Shown piece after piece: positions 1 through 10,003 of a DNA stretch of 62,854 bases. Numbering within the stretch: position 1 is the stretch's first letter; every line of letters begins with the position of its first letter. The notes under the pieces were generated by a model, which searched no databases, was not told the origin of the DNA, and saw only the letters and a list, made by a program, of their open reading frames with translations. The DNA is taken from contig CALCSS010000024.1 of assembly GCA_937893835.1 (NCBI GenBank), forward strand, positions 1 through 62,854, given 5' to 3'. Source of the stretch: an uncultured Fidelibacterota bacterium (lineage in GTDB: Bacteria; Fidelibacterota; Marinisomatia; Marinisomatales; UBA1611). The position numbers and the translations under genes were made by a program.

Positions 1-31
1 CATATGTTGAATATACTGGTGTTTCACTTCT

Positions 32-1138
32 TTACTGGGGAGTTAGATTTTGTGCTTCATCAACAATGAAAAATGATTTCTGTAGGCTTCTGCCTCTTAT
101 ATAAGCGAGAGGTGTTATCAATAACTTTTCTTGTTCTAGCATTTCAGTGATTCTAAAAGCGCGTTTGTCATTATGCTTAAATTGGTGGCGAATTACGGAT
201 AAATTATCAAATAGGGGCTGCATATAAGGGTCTAATTTGGATTGAATATCCCCCGGTAAGAATCCCAGGTCTCTGTTACTTAATGGGACGATTGGTCTTG
301 CAAGAAATATTTTTCTGAAGTCCTTACGTTTTTCAAGTGCGGCTGCCAGTGCCAACAATGTCTTTCCTGTACCAGCCTTACCGGATAAGGTTATCAAATG
401 AATACGATCATCCAACAACATATTCAACGCAAAGGATTGTTCAGCATTTCGAGGATGTATACCATAAGCATTTAGTTTATTGACCTGTACCATCTTCTTT
501 TCGAAAGGGTCATAGTATGCAAGGACAGATTTTTGTCCATTTCTAAGAATAAAATTTTCATTTGGCCTTGGCTTTTCAATTGATTTTAAATGTACAGTTT
601 CAATGCCGTTTGATTCGTAGACCATGTCAATTTCACTAGAACTCACATTTTCAATTAGTCTATTACCTGGATATATATCGCTTATGTTCTCAATGGCATC
701 GGACGTATAGTCTTCTGCCAAGAGCCCCAAAGAGCGAGCCTTTAGACGCACATTTGTATCCTTGGATACCAAGACCAACAGCCTGTCAGGGTTTTCTTCA
801 TGAAGTTTAAATGCACAATTAATGATCCTATGATCGGGGCAGTCATCTTTGAATGTTGCCTCTACATCAGGGTGCCAGTTATGGTTTACAACAACTTTTA
901 TCTTTCCATCAAATTGTTTTAACTCACCTTCATTGGTATCAATTGAAAGTTCATCCAGAAGTCTAAGAAATTCTCTAGCATTAAAATGTATCTGTTCATT
1001 ACCTCTTTTGAATTGGTCTAATTCCTCTAGAACAGAAATAGGAATTACAACCTCATTGTCTTCAAAATTTTGGATGCAAGTTGCGTCATGAAGGATGACA
1101 TTGGTGTCTATTACAAATATTTTATTTGTCATTTCCAT
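32..1138 (-). CDS. PIN domain + PhoH-like ATPase (YlaK-type), apparently truncated just after Walker B
   Basis: N-terminal PIN motif 'FVIDTNVILHD'. Walker A 'GKAGTGKT'. Walker B 'FFIVDEAQNLTPQ' is followed directly by TAA at 32-34. The roughly 70-80 C-terminal residues usual for this family are absent. Confidence 0.8.
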   Translation of the reverse strand: MEMTNKIFVIDTNVILHDATCIQNFEDNEVVIPISVLEELDQFKRGNEQIHFNAREFLRLLDELSIDTNEGELKQFDGKIKVVVNHNWHPDVEATFKDDCPDHRIINCAFKLHEENPDRLLVLVSKDTNVRLKARSLGLLAEDYTSDAIENISDIYPGNRLIENVSSSEIDMVYESNGIETVHLKSIEKPRPNENFILRNGQKSVLAYYDPFEKKMVQVNKLNAYGIHPRNAEQSFALNMLLDDRIHLITLSGKAGTGKTLLALAAALEKRKDFRKIFLARPIVPLSNRDLGFLPGDIQSKLDPYMQPLFDNLSVIRHQFKHNDKRAFRITEMLEQEKLLITPLAYIRGRSLQKSFFIVDEAQNLTPQ

Positions 1139-1248
1139 GTGTTAGATAAAGATCACTATTTTGGTTCATGGACATCAGAAAAGTTAGCATATTAAATTAA
1201 TTTTTTTCAATTCACCTTGGTCTTCATTTTTGAAAATATTTTCATATT

Positions 1249-1500
1249 TTAGGGTATGAATTCAAACATGGCACCTAATATTTGGTAAAGTATAAGACTA
1301 TAAAGCAACGCTAAACCGAGCAATGCGGCAGGAGTGATTCTAAAACGAACACGAAATTGACTGTGTTCCTTTTTATGATCATAATACTCTATCAGTATCT
1401 CCAATGTGATCTTGCTCAGATAAATGCAAACGATATATAATATCAATAATATACCTTGATCAACTGCAGAAAGTGATTTTAGCCACTGGCCTAGACTCAT
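1249..1500 (-). CDS. small hypothetical membrane protein
   Basis: 83-aa ORF with two hydrophobic segments. A 4-nt overlap with the upstream Nudix gene suggests co-translation. No recognisable motif. Confidence 0.4.
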   Translation of the reverse strand: MSLGQWLKSLSAVDQGILLILYIVCIYLSKITLEILIEYYDHKKEHSQFRVRFRITPAALLGLALLYSLILYQILGAMFEFIP

Positions 1501-2117
1501 ATCCTGTCCTTTATAATATGTTTGAACTCAGATAATATCATTGAGGTTGCACCCCAAACCATTTCACCACCTAGCTCAAAATATGGCACTGTAACCGGTT
1601 GATTCGAAAAAATATCTTCTTTTAATTTACAGTTTTTTTCTAGTATCAGGTCATTGATCGAGACAGAAAATATGCGTTCTACCTCCTTGTCATGAATCAT
1701 AGTTTTTGGTTTTGTATCTGTCCATCCAATATATGGGAAAATCTCAAAATTAGATACTGGTACATAAAAGGAGGTCAAACGACCAATGATATTCATTTTA
1801 CTTTTGTTAATGCCTATCTCTTCATGCGTTTCTCGTATTGCAGCATCTATAAGTGATTCATTTTTTTCAACCATGCCTCCTGGTAAGGATATTTGCCCTT
1901 TATGATGTTCAACATTTTTACTACGTTTTGTTAGAAAAAAAAACCAATCTTCATTGAATGGATATAGTAACAGTAATACAGAGGCGGGTATTCCTTTCTC
2001 TCGATTTTCTTTTGATCTAAATCTGCGTGGTTTGACCATCATTTTTTCTTGGGCATTCTTGCCGGGAAGCACCTTATTTAAATTTTTCGAGAGATTTTCA
2101 ATAAATAATGGATTCAT
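1497..2117 (-). CDS. Nudix hydrolase, CoA-pyrophosphatase-like
   Basis: Nudix box 'GGMVEKNESLIDAAIRETHEEIGI' preceded by the CoA-type motif 'FLTKRSKNVEHHKGQISLPGG'. Confidence 0.8.
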   Translation of the reverse strand: MNPLFIENLSKNLNKVLPGKNAQEKMMVKPRRFRSKENREKGIPASVLLLLYPFNEDWFFFLTKRSKNVEHHKGQISLPGGMVEKNESLIDAAIRETHEEIGINKSKMNIIGRLTSFYVPVSNFEIFPYIGWTDTKPKTMIHDKEVERIFSVSINDLILEKNCKLKEDIFSNQPVTVPYFELGGEMVWGATSMILSEFKHIIKDRI

Positions 2118-2176
2118 AAGTAGAAAAGTTATCCCATTTTTAATTCTTCTACCCGAACTTTGATGCTGACAAAACT

Positions 2177-2815
2177 ATGAAATACAAACATATCATATGG
2201 GATTGGAATGGTACATTGCTTGATGACCGATGGCTTTGTGTAGAAGGGATCAATGAAAGTCTCAAAAAAAGATCACTACCTATTATTACAGAGGAAATAT
2301 ATAAGAAGGTCTTCTCATTTCCCGTAGAGGATTATTATGAAAGATTAGGGTTTGATTTCAAGCAAGAGCCATTTGAAGTTGCAGGAGATGAGTTTGTTGC
2401 ATACTATGCAAAGTTCTTTCATAAAACAAAACTCCACAATCAGGTTTCATCGGTCATAAAGGATATCAGTGCCGCTGGACTTAGTCAATCTATTCTTTCG
2501 GCTGGGAAACAGGAATATCTAAATGAATGGGTCAAAGTTCATGGACTATTAGACTATTTTACCATTATTCGTGGCATCGACAACCAATATGCAAGAGGGA
2601 AGGTGGAACTAGGAAAATCATTCATGAATGAACTTCCTTACGATAAGAAGGAGGTCGTTATGATAGGTGATACAGTCCATGATAGTGATGTTGCTACTGC
2701 AATGCACATAGATTGCCTATTAATTGATCATGGTCATATGGGTACTGAAAGGTTACAAAATACAGGGCGTAGGGTTTTTTCAAGAATGGGCCAGATCCTT
2801 GATTATTTGATCTAA
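2177..2815 (+). CDS. HAD-superfamily hydrolase (phosphoglycolate-phosphatase-like)
   Basis: Motif I 'IIWDWNGTLLDD' (second Asp is Asn). C-terminal acidic motif 'VVMIGDTVHDSDVA'. Confidence 0.65.
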   Translation: MKYKHIIWDWNGTLLDDRWLCVEGINESLKKRSLPIITEEIYKKVFSFPVEDYYERLGFDFKQEPFEVAGDEFVAYYAKFFHKTKLHNQVSSVIKDISAAGLSQSILSAGKQEYLNEWVKVHGLLDYFTIIRGIDNQYARGKVELGKSFMNELPYDKKEVVMIGDTVHDSDVATAMHIDCLLIDHGHMGTERLQNTGRRVFSRMGQILDYLI

Positions 2816-2822
2816 TTCTTAT

Positions 2823-5800
2823 TCAGTTTGCAAGATCTGAGATCAATAACACATCATATATATTGATCATTCCGTTCCAATCAATATCAGCAGCCAAGAA
2901 CTCGGCAGGCTGTAATTCAAAAAGACCTAATATGTAATTGACACATAATAGTGCATCTATATTTGAGATCGTACCATCACCATTGACATCACCCATCTCA
3001 TGCTGACCTGAGCCTGGAGCAAGTGCTACGACAGAGATGATTTGTTCATCTTCTTCACCTCCTATTCCATGTATATTCAGAGTTATCTCATAGATACCCG
3101 GTTCTTCACAAAAAAGAGAAGGAGTCTTTCCAACGCCAAAGGCCTCAGAGTCCAGAATCCAATTCCTTTCTCCAATAGGGCCTCTTGATTCATCAAAGAA
3201 ATGAAAATAACCTGGAGCTGATATGATATTTTGTGCCACTTTGGGAATTGCGTTGAGAGGGTCTAGGTCTCCCAGAATAGTATTCTCTACTTGTATTGCA
3301 AACTGGTTTGTTTGTTCCTGGTCATAAAAAACTTGTATGTAATCGTAATCATTTGGATAAGGAATTGATATTGGATATTCTGAAATCAATTCTAGAGTAT
3401 CCCATTCAATAAGTCCAACATCATCAAACCAAGAATAGGCAATACCGGAGTCAGGAATGTCACTATTCGCTCTAATATCAAAAAATTCTACATCTTGATC
3501 ACTGGGGATGTCTCCCCAATATCTTTGCCATGTGTATGTACCTGAAATTGAATCACCCATGGATGATGTAAATAGACTTTCTCCTGTTCGTCCAATTGCG
3601 CATCTTACCTCAAGAGTTACATTCTTTGCATTTTCTGTTTTTATGAAACCATGTATCGTATGTTCAAATTGATTGTTGAAGGGAATACGGTCTTCTAGAT
3701 CTGTCACAATATTATCAGGAGAGTCAGAGGATCTTATATGCAAGAGTCCTTTATTCCCTCTACGATATATTGAATCTTGAATAACTTCATTGTCACTATT
3801 CACATTCCATAGGCTACTGCCTTCATCTTCAAAATTTTTCATCCAGACCTTCTCTCTTCCGAGTCTGAAATGCGTTATGCTAGAATTGCCATTTGATATT
3901 TTTGAGACACTACCAGCATCAGATAATGGTATAGGGCCTGATTGAAAATATTCCTCTTCATTGAAAATGATGGACTTGGAATTCATTACCCAAGCATTAT
4001 ATTGAATTGTTTCAACTGAAATTAAAGATGTGTCCATGATCACATATGCTCTTTGATTGTCTTTATCTATGTGTAGGTAGGTGTTGAGTTCCTTGGAAAG
4101 TTTAGCGATGTGATCAAGGATCTGATTACCCAATTCACCTTTAGCTGGTACTGTCAGATAATCATCAATGTAGACTGGGTCAATGACAAAATCAATGAAC
4201 CCTGATTCATCTGCCTCTGAATTGAGGATCATTGATGGATAGGTCTCAGGATAATTTAGATCAAAGATGAAATTACCTAATGAATGGGCGATCAACTTAC
4301 CCTGATAGACCTCTACACCTTGTATAATGTGTGGGTGATGTACAATGACAAGGTCAGCACCTTCATCTATAGCAAAATGCCTTATGGCCCTATCCCACAT
4401 TTTTGGTCGATCCAACCTCCAAGAGTAGTCATCAATTTCAGTCCCATAGCGAGGGACCATTTCAAATCCACTTGAACTTGCAGGGTTGGTCCTAAGATTC
4501 TCAAATACCTCGGGAAGAGAGAATGAATCATAATCAGATCCTGGTGAATAAGAATATTCACTACCTGCATGCATCTCAATGACGATCAGATCTGCCAAGC
4601 CATCAACAGATTGAATCTGTTGTCTTAGATAATATGGTGTCATATAGGCAAAGCCAGACTTGTTCTCGCCAGCATTGAGGTAGGGTTGGTAATTGTTATA
4701 TTGACCCGTACGATCACTTGATGCCAAAAATGCGACAACTTGACCCTTGATGGATCTAGTGGCGGGGAGATATGCCTCATAACTATTCATACCAGCACCT
4801 GAATGAAGGATTCCTGCTTCATTCAGTATATTTTGAGTCTGTGTCATTGCAGGCTCCATATAATCTAATATATGGTTATTGGCCAAGGAAACAACATCAA
4901 TCCCGCCATAGACCAAGCCACTGACATTTTCTGGTGCACAACGAAAAATGATGCTCTTGGTCGGATGGGGATAGCCTTGATCTGATAGAGGGATCTCCAG
5001 ATTGGCAATGGATAGATCAGCAGCCATTCCAAGTAGATCTCTTGTAGGTTCAAATAATGCTTGAACGCCTTGAGTTGTGATGATTCCATCATTGTCCTCA
5101 AATCTTCTTCCCATCATGATGTCTCCAACAAAATTCATTGTGATGGGGAAGGTTGAACTTCCTTGGTCCACCTCTATTGTTGTTGATGACCATCCTTGTT
5201 GTCCGGTCTCATCTTCAACGGTTAATATGACAGTATATTCATGGTCATCCTCAACTAGGTAATCATGATGTGGGTTGGGTTCATTTGATGTGCTGCCATC
5301 ACCAAACTCCCAATGATAGGAGAATGCATATGAGTCTGTATCTTGTACCACTGAATTAAAAGAGGCTGACAGCATTTGGCTGTGGTTTTGATTGCGTACA
5401 TCGTCTAATTCATAGCTAATTGATACGGTAGGACTGATTGCGAGATCTGCTGTTATATCTCGAATCATACTAAAATGGATACTCCCTGGGATGCTGGTTG
5501 TATCATCATGATCATTGATAAATTGAATCTCATTTATTGCTGACAATGAGTCATGCCAAGCCAACCAATCATTCCCTAATGGGAGCCTATAAGAATTCCA
5601 ATTACCTATCTCATTCGATCCCTGATAAACCGGAATCCATTGTTCTATGTCCAAGGTCTCTAAGCCAGTGAGTGAATATCGAATAAGATCAATCCCATTT
5701 GAAAAACCAATGGCCTGAATTTCAGATAGACTATCAGTTCTTGAAAAAAGTTGTAGAATGGTTCCTGAGTCAGGGGTAAATGGTTCGATCTGAATTGATT

Positions 5801-7577
5801 TCCAGCTATTTCCAAAGAGAACAAGACTATGACTGTTCCCGGGGATCGTGTTCAATGAATCTATACCATAGGCTTCTTGATCAACATCCTCATCCGAAAT
5901 GCTTTCAAAAATATTTATCTGCTCAAAGTCCAAAAGAGTGTCAGGATGTTCATGCCCAGGGAGTAGATTTGATACTATTTGAGACCAAGATCCTGTATTG
6001 TCAAAGTAATCCACACCACGAATTCTAAACCACCACTGTTCTGTATTATTGAGGCCAGATAATGTCTGATGGTCTTGCCGCATGTATTGCAGTTGATCGT
6101 GGTCTGAAAGGTCAAATGAGAGTGGAGCGTTAAACGAAGTGTCTACATCTGCCTCGATCTGAAATGATCTAAAATTGGTATCATCTGTTGGCGTCCAGGT
6201 CAAGTAGACCTGCTCGGAGTTATCCATATTATATGCTCTAATAAATTCAATTGAATCAGGAGCAATATTATCAGGAATCGATTCCCAGTGGGATAGGTAT
6301 AGCTCTGTGGCGTCAATGAATGGTTGATAATATTCTCTTATCATTGAAAAATTATCAATATTAGTGGGGTAGGACCCATTACCATATACAGCCTCATCTG
6401 ATATGCCGGTACTATCAAAGAGCATGGGCTTTTCGTCCAATTCCACATGGATCCAGGGCTCATAGACGGAATAACCATTGGTCAAGCCTTGAAGATCGAG
6501 CATTTGTATTCCATTTGATGGTCCTCTCAATTCTGTGGCTAATGTAATGGGGAACTCGGTTTCTCCATTATCATATACGCATTGATCATCATAGAATACT
6601 TCATAATATTCCGTAACATGTAGGGAGTTGGTATTACCAAACTGACCTTGATCAATAGGATACTCTGATGTGAAATTTATTATGTCAAAGTGATCTTCTG
6701 TAATATCCCGGATAGGTTTTGTAGTAAATGAATTTTGTGATCCAGCTGCAACAATAATTGATTTACGAGGTGCGTGAGATTCATTATCAAAACTATGTAT
6801 TGCAAAAACAAGAGGCCAATGGGGATTAATGCCTACTAATGGATGCACGGCTGCCTCTTGAAATTTTTGAAATATTGTGTTGGGGTAGCGAGAAGGGTCT
6901 GACAATGACTTGCTATTTGAATAATTACCAATTCCGGTCCATAAAACTTCTCTACCTGCACCATTGATCATGAATGCAAAGGCATTGGTCTTTAGAAATA
7001 TATCAATAGCAATATAAGGAGCAATAAAATCATCGCAGGGGTGAGGGACCTGGATGATCACTTGTTCTCGTGTCGCTTGAGGATTAATAATATACATTCC
7101 CCATCCATTTCGAAAACTGCCTATTACGTCGTCCAGATCATTATCAGATTGGTTCGAGTCAATAAAGCTAGTATCCAATTGTTCTCTAATTATATGAAAT
7201 ACTCGATTATAGATAGTGTCTTCAAAAATAACCAACTCATAATAGAAAGACTCGATAGAATCCTGTAGTAATGAATCAACAAGCGTTGTATCCCCTAGGA
7301 TAAATCCAGAAAAAATATCTTCCCAATAACTTAGAATTGGATCGCCAAACTCTAATTTATTATAATTCCCAAAACCAGTTGTTTGCACATCTAACCAGTC
7401 TGGACCATAATCATTAAATCCCTCGCTAGCTATACCTTCTGTGACGTGACTAACCCAATTATCGTATGATGAGCCTGGTGAGTGACCTCCTATAAATTCA
7501 GATAGTTCACCCGTCTCATGAATGATATTCGCGAGTGAAAGACTTATACTGAGCGCACTGATAAAAATCCATTTCAT
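2823..7577 (-). CDS. 1584-aa secreted multidomain protein: unassigned N-terminal region, Fn3, PKD, CapA/PGA_cap-type metallophosphatase-like domain, C-terminal dockerin-like module
   Basis: Signal peptide 'MKWIFISALSISLSLANI'. PKD 'YHWEFGDGSTSNEPNPHHDY' (about 5290-5340). CapA-like 'MNFVGDIMMGRR...SLANNHILDY...VHHPHIIQG...HSLGNFIFD' (about 4260-5140). Dockerin repeats 'GDVNGDGTISNIDALL' and 'ADIDWNGMINIYDVLL' (2826-2996). Confidence 0.85.
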   Translation of the reverse strand: MKWIFISALSISLSLANIIHETGELSEFIGGHSPGSSYDNWVSHVTEGIASEGFNDYGPDWLDVQTTGFGNYNKLEFGDPILSYWEDIFSGFILGDTTLVDSLLQDSIESFYYELVIFEDTIYNRVFHIIREQLDTSFIDSNQSDNDLDDVIGSFRNGWGMYIINPQATREQVIIQVPHPCDDFIAPYIAIDIFLKTNAFAFMINGAGREVLWTGIGNYSNSKSLSDPSRYPNTIFQKFQEAAVHPLVGINPHWPLVFAIHSFDNESHAPRKSIIVAAGSQNSFTTKPIRDITEDHFDIINFTSEYPIDQGQFGNTNSLHVTEYYEVFYDDQCVYDNGETEFPITLATELRGPSNGIQMLDLQGLTNGYSVYEPWIHVELDEKPMLFDSTGISDEAVYGNGSYPTNIDNFSMIREYYQPFIDATELYLSHWESIPDNIAPDSIEFIRAYNMDNSEQVYLTWTPTDDTNFRSFQIEADVDTSFNAPLSFDLSDHDQLQYMRQDHQTLSGLNNTEQWWFRIRGVDYFDNTGSWSQIVSNLLPGHEHPDTLLDFEQINIFESISDEDVDQEAYGIDSLNTIPGNSHSLVLFGNSWKSIQIEPFTPDSGTILQLFSRTDSLSEIQAIGFSNGIDLIRYSLTGLETLDIEQWIPVYQGSNEIGNWNSYRLPLGNDWLAWHDSLSAINEIQFINDHDDTTSIPGSIHFSMIRDITADLAISPTVSISYELDDVRNQNHSQMLSASFNSVVQDTDSYAFSYHWEFGDGSTSNEPNPHHDYLVEDDHEYTVILTVEDETGQQGWSSTTIEVDQGSSTFPITMNFVGDIMMGRRFEDNDGIITTQGVQALFEPTRDLLGMAADLSIANLEIPLSDQGYPHPTKSIIFRCAPENVSGLVYGGIDVVSLANNHILDYMEPAMTQTQNILNEAGILHSGAGMNSYEAYLPATRSIKGQVVAFLASSDRTGQYNNYQPYLNAGENKSGFAYMTPYYLRQQIQSVDGLADLIVIEMHAGSEYSYSPGSDYDSFSLPEVFENLRTNPASSSGFEMVPRYGTEIDDYSWRLDRPKMWDRAIRHFAIDEGADLVIVHHPHIIQGVEVYQGKLIAHSLGNFIFDLNYPETYPSMILNSEADESGFIDFVIDPVYIDDYLTVPAKGELGNQILDHIAKLSKELNTYLHIDKDNQRAYVIMDTSLISVETIQYNAWVMNSKSIIFNEEEYFQSGPIPLSDAGSVSKISNGNSSITHFRLGREKVWMKNFEDEGSSLWNVNSDNEVIQDSIYRRGNKGLLHIRSSDSPDNIVTDLEDRIPFNNQFEHTIHGFIKTENAKNVTLEVRCAIGRTGESLFTSSMGDSISGTYTWQRYWGDIPSDQDVEFFDIRANSDIPDSGIAYSWFDDVGLIEWDTLELISEYPISIPYPNDYDYIQVFYDQEQTNQFAIQVENTILGDLDPLNAIPKVAQNIISAPGYFHFFDESRGPIGERNWILDSEAFGVGKTPSLFCEEPGIYEITLNIHGIGGEEDEQIISVVALAPGSGQHEMGDVNGDGTISNIDALLCVNYILGLFELQPAEFLAADIDWNGMINIYDVLLISDLAN

Positions 7578-7677
7578 TATACTAATACAGAATAAGAAAC
7601 TAAATATATTGTCCTATTGATGAATAAATAAAATGATCTAATTGTTTATATCTAATCGTTCATTAACGATTATCTTA

Positions 7678-9951
7678 TTAAAATTCAATACCGAGTCCTA
7701 CTACCGGGATGGTGCTAAAATAAGCAATTTTTCCAATATTATTATTTACGCGGCTATAAAAATAGGTCTCTATGTTCTCTCTGTTATATGTATTCCACAC
7801 CTCAAAAAACAAAACAAGATTAGAACGTTTAAGATTATATCTTTTTTCATAGTGGATAAAGAGCGAATGATAGTCCGGAGTTCTATCTTTGTTGAACTCA
7901 TCCAGGTATAATATTTGTTCATCAGCGAGTACTGAAGCATTCAGATCGATCGGTGTATAAGGACGCCCTCCGAAGTACGACCATCTGATAGAGATCTCCC
8001 AGTCTGTATTAGGCCTATATCCACCAACAATATTAAAAATGTATCGATAGTTGTGGTTCCTATTTCGTTTTATTCCATTGTAATCAGTAAAGGTCGAATT
8101 AAACATGGAACCGCCAACAAGACCATAAAAGTTTTCGGCTTTCTTTTTTTGGATCAGAATTTCTAATCCATCAGATAGCGCAGTCCCACTAGATACAATT
8201 CCATTATACATGCGAAGCTCATCAAATAAGAATGTAGGATCATTGTGAAGAGTTGCATCAGGTAATATCGGACTATTAGTATATTCTTTTTGATAGGCAG
8301 ATAATGAAAGTTTTGTGGATGGTGTGATCATATGTTCCAGGCTTAGAGAATGCTGATAAGCATTTACACTTTTCAATTTATTTGATGCATCATTTGCAAT
8401 ATAGATAGGTGGAGGATTTTGATTATAGACTCCAGCATTGAATACAATATTTGTTTTTCCTCTAATGATCTCATAGTCAAGATTGATCCTAGGAGACCAT
8501 AGATTGATCTTTTCGTAATCATTGTGATCTAAACGAAATCCAGTGGAAAAGATCAGTCTTGAAAATAAATTCTTTTTTAGCGTTAAAAATGCTGCATAGT
8601 TAGTGGTTTTAACGACCCTATCAAACGCGATCTCATTTATAAAAAATTCGCTTTTTGTTAGTTTGCGATAATAATCATAATATGTTTTATTTACCTCCGC
8701 ATCAAAACCAAACTCCATTTTAGACCCTGGTCCTAATTTTAAATGATTTACTTGGCGTATATTCTTAATATCTGTATCCTCAATAATATTAAATACTTTT
8801 TTTCCTGTATTGATATTTAAAAAGTGAGCATCTGAATTTTTTGTTGAATTGGAAATACTAGTATTTGTATATGCTCTATTGTTCCAGATATGTTTGTAGT
8901 TAATTCCTATTGTATTTTGATCATTCTTTAATTTTCCATGTTCTGTTTCTCCAACATCAATAGCACCATCAATATCTCTATCATATACACTTCCTCCATT
9001 GACCATTAGTATTGAAAAAGCATTATAGATATTTGGCCTAAACTCTAACTTGGCCTGGAAATCACTATAGGAGGGCATTCCACCGCTAGCATTTATTGCA
9101 TTAGCTAAAAGATCAAGATAACTCATCCTGTACGATGCAATGTAGGTAGATCGATCACTTAATGGTCCTTCAATTAATAAACTAAGACCTCCAACTCCAA
9201 CAAATCCTTCACCCTCGATATTTTCTCTGTTTCCAGATCGGTATGTAATATCTCCAAAACTTGATAGCTTATTGCCATATTTAGATGAGAAACCATTACT
9301 GAAAAAATCAAGACTCTCTACCATATCACTATTGATCAATCCAACAGGGCCATTCGATCTGCCATCGGCCTGTTTAAAGTGGGATACGCTTGGAATTGGA
9401 ATATTATCAATGATAAAACCATTTTCAGTTGGTCCGCCTCCTCTTACCATCATATCCTGACGGTTTTCACCTACACTTGCAACACTTGGTAAGGTGTTAA
9501 TAATTCGGCTGATCTCCTGTCCAGTACCAGGATATCTTCTTAATTCATCTCTATTAAATGATACGACCTGGTACTCTTTTATCATGGAACGTTCAAAGTA
9601 TGACTCCTCAACGATAACATCATCAATTTGAATCACAGAAGATTCAAGTTTAATATTTAAAAATTCATAGCCATTAGGCCGTACCCATATATCAGCCTTA
9701 TTCTGTGTTTTGTAACCCATAAAGCTGATCGTAACTGTGTAGTCACCCATTGGTATTTGATTAATAGTGAAATAGCCTTCCTCGTCTGAGACCGATCCGA
9801 TATTAGTGGATTTAATTATTATATTTGCACCGATCAAAGGCAGCTGGCTATCAGCGTCTAGGACCCTTCCCTTTACTATACCTGGAGGGTCAGACTGACA
9901 AAGTAAAAAACTGCTGAAAATTATTATAAATAAGAAATATTTTATTCGCAT
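7678..9951 (-). CDS. TonB-dependent-receptor-like outer-membrane barrel with N-terminal CarboxypepD_reg domain
   Basis: Signal peptide. 'VKGRVLDADSQLPLIGANIIIKSTNIGSVSDEEGYFTINQIPMGDYTVTISFMGYK'. Plug-like 'MVRGGGPTENGFIIDNIPI'. Long beta-rich region ending in aromatic 'GLGIEF'. Confidence 0.8.
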   Translation of the reverse strand: MRIKYFLFIIIFSSFLLCQSDPPGIVKGRVLDADSQLPLIGANIIIKSTNIGSVSDEEGYFTINQIPMGDYTVTISFMGYKTQNKADIWVRPNGYEFLNIKLESSVIQIDDVIVEESYFERSMIKEYQVVSFNRDELRRYPGTGQEISRIINTLPSVASVGENRQDMMVRGGGPTENGFIIDNIPIPSVSHFKQADGRSNGPVGLINSDMVESLDFFSNGFSSKYGNKLSSFGDITYRSGNRENIEGEGFVGVGGLSLLIEGPLSDRSTYIASYRMSYLDLLANAINASGGMPSYSDFQAKLEFRPNIYNAFSILMVNGGSVYDRDIDGAIDVGETEHGKLKNDQNTIGINYKHIWNNRAYTNTSISNSTKNSDAHFLNINTGKKVFNIIEDTDIKNIRQVNHLKLGPGSKMEFGFDAEVNKTYYDYYRKLTKSEFFINEIAFDRVVKTTNYAAFLTLKKNLFSRLIFSTGFRLDHNDYEKINLWSPRINLDYEIIRGKTNIVFNAGVYNQNPPPIYIANDASNKLKSVNAYQHSLSLEHMITPSTKLSLSAYQKEYTNSPILPDATLHNDPTFLFDELRMYNGIVSSGTALSDGLEILIQKKKAENFYGLVGGSMFNSTFTDYNGIKRNRNHNYRYIFNIVGGYRPNTDWEISIRWSYFGGRPYTPIDLNASVLADEQILYLDEFNKDRTPDYHSLFIHYEKRYNLKRSNLVLFFEVWNTYNRENIETYFYSRVNNNIGKIAYFSTIPVVGLGIEF

Positions 9952-10003
9952 AGAGATGAATGGTTTATGTATGATAGATATTTAAAGCGGAAATCTGATA
10001 TAA

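Noticed and set aside
2177-2815. HAD motif I reads DWNGT instead of DxDxT, considered as a sign of an inactive or neofunctionalised enzyme.
   Set aside because: I cannot judge its significance without a family alignment. Variants at the second Asp occur in the HAD superfamily, and there is no contextual signal.
2823-4250. Possible poly-gamma-glutamate hydrolase-like motifs ('VPHPCDD', 'AIHSFDNES') in the N-terminal part of the 1584-aa protein, which would pair thematically with its CapA-like domain. These residues map to about 6700-7100 on the minus strand.
   Set aside because: The resemblance rests on two short strings recalled from memory. That is too weak to claim without a profile search.
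7653-7672. Hairpin TAATCGTT-CATT-AACGATTA between the TBDR and the 1584-aa gene. A similar weak hairpin lies at 44600-44622 (CATCAAT-N9-ATTGATG).
   Set aside because: The stems are 7-8 bp, AT-rich, lack a following T-tract on the transcribed strand, and are within chance expectation. They are not reported as terminators.
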